Assembly: GCA_951812955.1 (NCBI GenBank)
Contig: OX638340.1
Span: forward strand, 800,001-864,000
From: an uncultured Gemmatimonadota bacterium
GTDB taxonomy: Bacteria; JAAXHH01
Direction of reading: 5' to 3'
DNA: 64,000 nt
A model generated the notes under the pieces. That model ran no database searches, was not told where the DNA came from, and was given only the letters and a program-made list of their open reading frames with translations. The stretch's first letter is position 1, and each line of letters opens with the position of its first letter. The translations under genes and the position numbers were made by a program. Below are positions 60,420 to 64,000 of the stretch, in pieces.

Positions 60420-61868
60420 ATGAAACGTGATGATGGCATCCTCCTCATTTCCTGCTATGAACTGGGTCATCAGCCCTTCAGCCTCGCTTCCCCCGCGGCC
60501 CGCCTGAAGTCCGAAGGATACGAAGTCTCCGTAGTCGATGCCGCGATCGAGCCGATCCCGGAAGATGCCGTCCAGCGTGCCGGGTTTATCGGCATCTCGG
60601 TTCCCATGCATACGGCCATGCGGGTGGGCATGGACCTGTCCGGCCGAATCCGGAACCTCAATCCGGACGCGCACCAGTGCTACTACGGACTCTACGCCAC
60701 GCTGAACGCAGACTATCTCCTGTCCCACGGCGCCGATTCGGTAATCGGAGGCGAATTCGAACAACCGCTCTGCGACCTTGTGGATAGATTGTGCGCGGGT
60801 GATGCCGCCATGCCGGACCCCGATCCGTCCACCGCACCATCCACCGCTCCATATCTTTCACGCCAGACCTGGCTGGTCCCGGACCGAGGGAGTCTGCCCG
60901 CTTTGAAACGGTACGCCCAGCTGGACACCGGAACGGAGACGCTGCCCGCCGGTTATACCGAGACCACGAGGGGTTGCCTCCATACCTGTCTTCATTGCCC
61001 GATCACGCCGGTGTACAACGGCCGGTTCTTTGCCGTACCTGCCAACGTCGTGCTCGCCGACATAGCCCAGCAGGTGCGCATGGGCGCCCGCCACATCACC
61101 TTCGGGGACCCGGATTTCCTGAACGGTCCGACCCATGTCCTTCGCATTCTGCGCAGGCTGAAGGAAACCCATCCCGGAATCACCTTCGATTTCACCACCA
61201 AGATCGAACATATCCTCCGGCACGCGGGGTTTTTCCCCGAGGCGAAGGCGCTCGGCGCGCTTTTCGTCGTATCGGCCGTCGAATCGGTCAGCGATCTCGT
61301 GCTCATGCGCCTGGAGAAAGGTCACACTCGGGAGGACATCGTCAGGGCGCTCGCTATCCTCCGAGACGCGGACCTGCCCATGCGGCCTTCGCTGGTGGCC
61401 TTCACACCCTGGACGACGCTGGACGACTATCTGGAATTGCTGGATTTCGTCGAAGTTCACGACCTGGTCGATCACATCGACCCGGTGCAGTACACCATAC
61501 GACTGCTCGTGCCGCCCGGTTCGGCCCTGCTGGAAACAGAGGATGCCAGGACCTGGATCGGCAAGCTGGATGAAGCCGGGTTTACTTACGAGTGGAGCCA
61601 TTCCGATGCTAGAATGGACCACCTGCATCGGCGGGTATCCCGTCTTGTGGAAGGAGCCGACGCTTCGGGGGAGGAGCGGGACAACCGGAGCATCTTTCAC
61701 CGGATCCGGCGCCTCGCCGCGGAGACGGCCGGAGTCGAAGCGGTCGAAGGACCCACGGAACGGCCCTTTGAAGTCCTGTCGCCGAAACGGCGACGGATCC
61801 CCAGGCTGACCGAGGCCTGGTTCTGCTGAGCGGAGCCCACGGCGAGCCGGAAAGGCTCGTTCATTTGA
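60420..61868 (+). CDS. B12-binding-domain radical SAM protein with C-terminal CUAEP tail, where U is a predicted selenocysteine encoded by in-frame TGA 61827-61829 (CUAEP/CCAEP-tail family)
   Basis: Radical SAM CxxxCxxC (RGCLHTCLHC) after an N-terminal B12-binding-like domain. The annotated ORF stops at TGA 61829 right after ...EAWFC, but the frame continues: TGA-GCG-GAG-CCC gives C-U-A-E-P-TASRKGSFI, then TGA at 61866-61868. Confidence 0.75.
61843..61859 (+). ncRNA. candidate bacterial SECIS hairpin (CGAGCC-GGAAA-GGCUCG) 14 nt downstream of the recoded UGA
   Basis: Perfect 6-bp stem with a 5-nt loop, read directly. The position, with the apex about 24 nt after UGA, is compatible with SelB-dependent SECIS elements. 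Confidence 0.4.
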
Positions 61869-61884
61869 TCTTTACGGGTGAAAA

Positions 61885-63084
61885 TCAGGAAGCATAACCG
61901 TCCTGGACGGGGCCGCAGTGCTGCGACCGGGCGGGCGCCCGATACTGCACGCGGTGATCGGGCGTCTCGATGCGTATGCCGCCCTGCTGTTTCGAAGTAA
62001 GACAATGATCGAGGATGCCGCATACGGTCAACGTCCGTTCAACCGGGATCGGTGATACGCCGGTCTCGAACATCTCGTCGATCCTCGACACAAGGCAGGC
62101 CGAGTAGGTAACCGGAGGAGTGGGCGGCAGGAAGAACTGGGTCGAACAGGGCTCAGGTTCGTCTTTGAGGCGGGCGGCGAAACAATAGTCGCCGATCGCG
62201 CCATTGAGCATGAGCAGCGTGGTCTGAAGACCGTCCATGTGTTCGATGAAGTAGGCGGCCGGCTCAGTGGCGAGCCGGTGCAATTCGCCCGTCCCCAGCA
62301 GGTCCTGCGTGCGGCCATCCTGCTCGGGCAGTCCCTTCGGACTGTCACAGCGCGACAGTGCCGATTCCAGCAATTCCTTCGAGTAACGTCCCTGGTCGCC
62401 GGCCTCCCACACCGCGTCCCCCACGATCATCTGGACAGACCTGACGCCCGTCTCGCCACCCCTGCGACGCTCGATCATGCACTGCATGGCCTCGAGTGCG
62501 TGATAGTCCATGGCGTCCGAACCGCCGACCCCTACCATCAGCGCTTCGTCGATATCGCATTCCAGCGGCAGTTCGAGGTCGGGCAGCCGCCATGTGACCG
62601 GAAGGCTCGAACCCGCGAGCACTGGAAAACCGAGCCGCTTGGAATCGGCCACCATTTCCAGGCCCCTTGCAAAGCTGTAGGAGAGATTCTTGTCGTTGTA
62701 GACCGGCACTGAGCGGCCGTCCTGCTCGAAAACTTCGACGCAGGCCTTGAACATCTCGTAGCGCGGGTAGAGTTTCTGTCCCTTCTCGTTGTCCGAATAG
62801 TCGCCGTGTTCGCAGATGATCAGGATCCCGTCCACCGCCAGGGAATCCCCGCCGCACCGCAGGGCTTCGGCTATGGTGGGATAGACCTCGAAACCGAACT
62901 CGCGGGCGCGGTCTGTGCTCTGGTCGCCTTCGGGACGCTGATCCACGTAAAGCGACACAACCTCGACGTCCGGCCTGCGCCAGCGGCCCGAATTCGGATA
63001 GCCGACGAGGAACCGGTCCGCGAAATGCTGCGAGTGGGAGAGATAGGTGTAGATTGAACTGATGACGGCGAGCCGCTTCGGCAT
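61885..63084 (-). CDS. hypothetical protein (399 aa), tandem paralog 1 of 2; function unknown
   Basis: Long ORF, convergent with the radical SAM gene. Paralogous to the next gene, sharing blocks EHGDYSDNEKGQKLYPRYEMF, GSSLPVTWR and LEAMQCMIERR. Weak resemblance to a degenerate Rossmann-like oxidoreductase N-terminus. Confidence 0.5.
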   Translation of the reverse strand: MPKRLAVISSIYTYLSHSQHFADRFLVGYPNSGRWRRPDVEVVSLYVDQRPEGDQSTDRAREFGFEVYPTIAEALRCGGDSLAVDGILIICEHGDYSDNEKGQKLYPRYEMFKACVEVFEQDGRSVPVYNDKNLSYSFARGLEMVADSKRLGFPVLAGSSLPVTWRLPDLELPLECDIDEALMVGVGGSDAMDYHALEAMQCMIERRRGGETGVRSVQMIVGDAVWEAGDQGRYSKELLESALSRCDSPKGLPEQDGRTQDLLGTGELHRLATEPAAYFIEHMDGLQTTLLMLNGAIGDYCFAARLKDEPEPCSTQFFLPPTPPVTYSACLVSRIDEMFETGVSPIPVERTLTVCGILDHCLTSKQQGGIRIETPDHRVQYRAPARSQHCGPVQDGYAS

Positions 63085-63087
63085 GGT

Positions 63088-64000
63088 TCAATATCTCCAG
63101 AAGGTGGAGTTTTCAGGCGCGGGGTATTCGACGTCGAGATGGGGCGTTTCCAGCCTTACCTGTCCTTCGTGCAGGCTGTCGACGCCGGCCGCGGTCAGTC
63201 CCGATGTCAGGAGGGTCCGCTCGACGGGATAGGCGGCCTCGCCGGACAGGAACATCTGTTCCACGTTGTTGACCTGCGGCGAGAAGAAGTTGGCCAGCGA
63301 GGTGCGCGCAGGCGGCATAGGCAGGTACATCTGGGTCGACAGCGGTTCGCTGCGCCCCGACAGGCGAGCCGCGAAGTTGAAGTCTTCGACCAGCCCGCTA
63401 AACAGGATCATGGTGCACTTGACCCCGTCGCGGTGCTCGTAAGTGTAGGCGACGGGATCCTCCACCATCCGCTTCATCTCGTTGATGGTCGGGAAGACGT
63501 TGTTGAACCCGTCGCGGGATGGTTTCAGCGTGTGACTGCGACACAGTGCCGCTTCGAAGAGTTCGCGGGACCACACTTCGTCGTGGAAAGCCTCCCAGAA
63601 TGCCTCGAGCCGACGGGCGTGGAGCCAGGAGACGCCCGACTCGCCGCCCTTGCGCCGTTCGACCATGCATTGCAGGGTCTCCAGGCCGTGGAAATCGTAA
63701 CTGTCGACCCCGCCGTAGCATACGCACACGGCTTCTTCGACCTCGGCGTGAAGCGGCATGTCGACTGAGGGCGTCCGCCACGTGACCGGCAGGCTGGATC
63801 CGGCCATGAAGGCAAAACCCAGGCGCTGCGCGGTATCGTACATTTCCTTGGCCCAGTCCCAGTTCCACGACAGGTGCTTGTCGTTGAATATGGGAACGGT
63901 ACGGCCGCTTCGCTCATAGACTTCCACGATCTCGCGGAACAGTTCGTAGCGTGGATAAAGCCGTTGTCCCTTCTCGTTGGTTTGATACTCGCCGTGTTCT
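63088..64000 (-). CDS. hypothetical protein, tandem paralog 2 of 2; N-terminus beyond window end
   Basis: The frame stays open to position 64000 (...EHGEYQTNEKGQRLYPRYELFREIVEVYERSGRTVP...). The ORF-track start at 63927 is an internal GTG. Paralogous to 61885-63084. Confidence 0.5.
   Translation of the reverse strand, partial: EHGEYQTNEKGQRLYPRYELFREIVEVYERSGRTVPIFNDKHLSWNWDWAKEMYDTAQRLGFAFMAGSSLPVTWRTPSVDMPLHAEVEEAVCVCYGGVDSYDFHGLETLQCMVERRKGGESGVSWLHARRLEAFWEAFHDEVWSRELFEAALCRSHTLKPSRDGFNNVFPTINEMKRMVEDPVAYTYEHRDGVKCTMILFSGLVEDFNFAARLSGRSEPLSTQMYLPMPPARTSLANFFSPQVNNVEQMFLSGEAAYPVERTLLTSGLTAAGVDSLHEGQVRLETPHLDVEYPAPENSTFWRY

Overview
GC-rich bacterial chromosomal segment (roughly 60-65% GC by eye; I could not compute it). 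It is densely coded, mostly short operons, with no rRNA, tRNA or CRISPR that I could recognise. Four things stand out. (1) Twelve ankyrin-repeat (ANK) protein genes make up about a quarter of the window. One is fused to an ECF sigma-70 domain, one to a truncated hemoglobin, and two are ~80% identical paralogs; one of those was copied together with a fragment of the dinB 5' end. This eukaryote-like-protein load is typical of host-associated (for example sponge or amoeba) symbionts, but that origin is inference. (2) A DNA-damage cluster: nucleotidyltransferase-uvrA-polB-ydeI-like on one strand, with alkA, Y-family dinB and sfsA nearby. (3) A yggX-radical SAM operon. The B12-binding radical SAM protein continues through an in-frame TGA into a 'C-U-A-E-P' tail (U = predicted selenocysteine), with a hairpin downstream that could be a bacterial SECIS element. 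It lies next to two tandem paralogous genes of unknown function. (4) A BNR/Ycf48-like beta-propeller gene translationally coupled to a CysO/MoaD-like sulfur-carrier protein ending in Gly-Gly. The rest is sugar/oxidoreductase metabolism (three Gfo/Idh/MocA genes, Ldh_2, HpcH aldolase, PfkB kinase, two class-V aminotransferases, one with a Tat signal), seven VOC/glyoxalase-fold genes, a ZIP transporter, pdxH, an ABC exporter ATPase/permease pair at the left edge, an AraC regulator, two ANT(6)-like nucleotidyltransferases, and several small lesions: a SAM methyltransferase interrupted by tandem TGA-TGA, a frameshifted two-domain VOC gene, and in-frame micro-duplications. All calls come from reading the translations and sequence by eye; no database search was possible.
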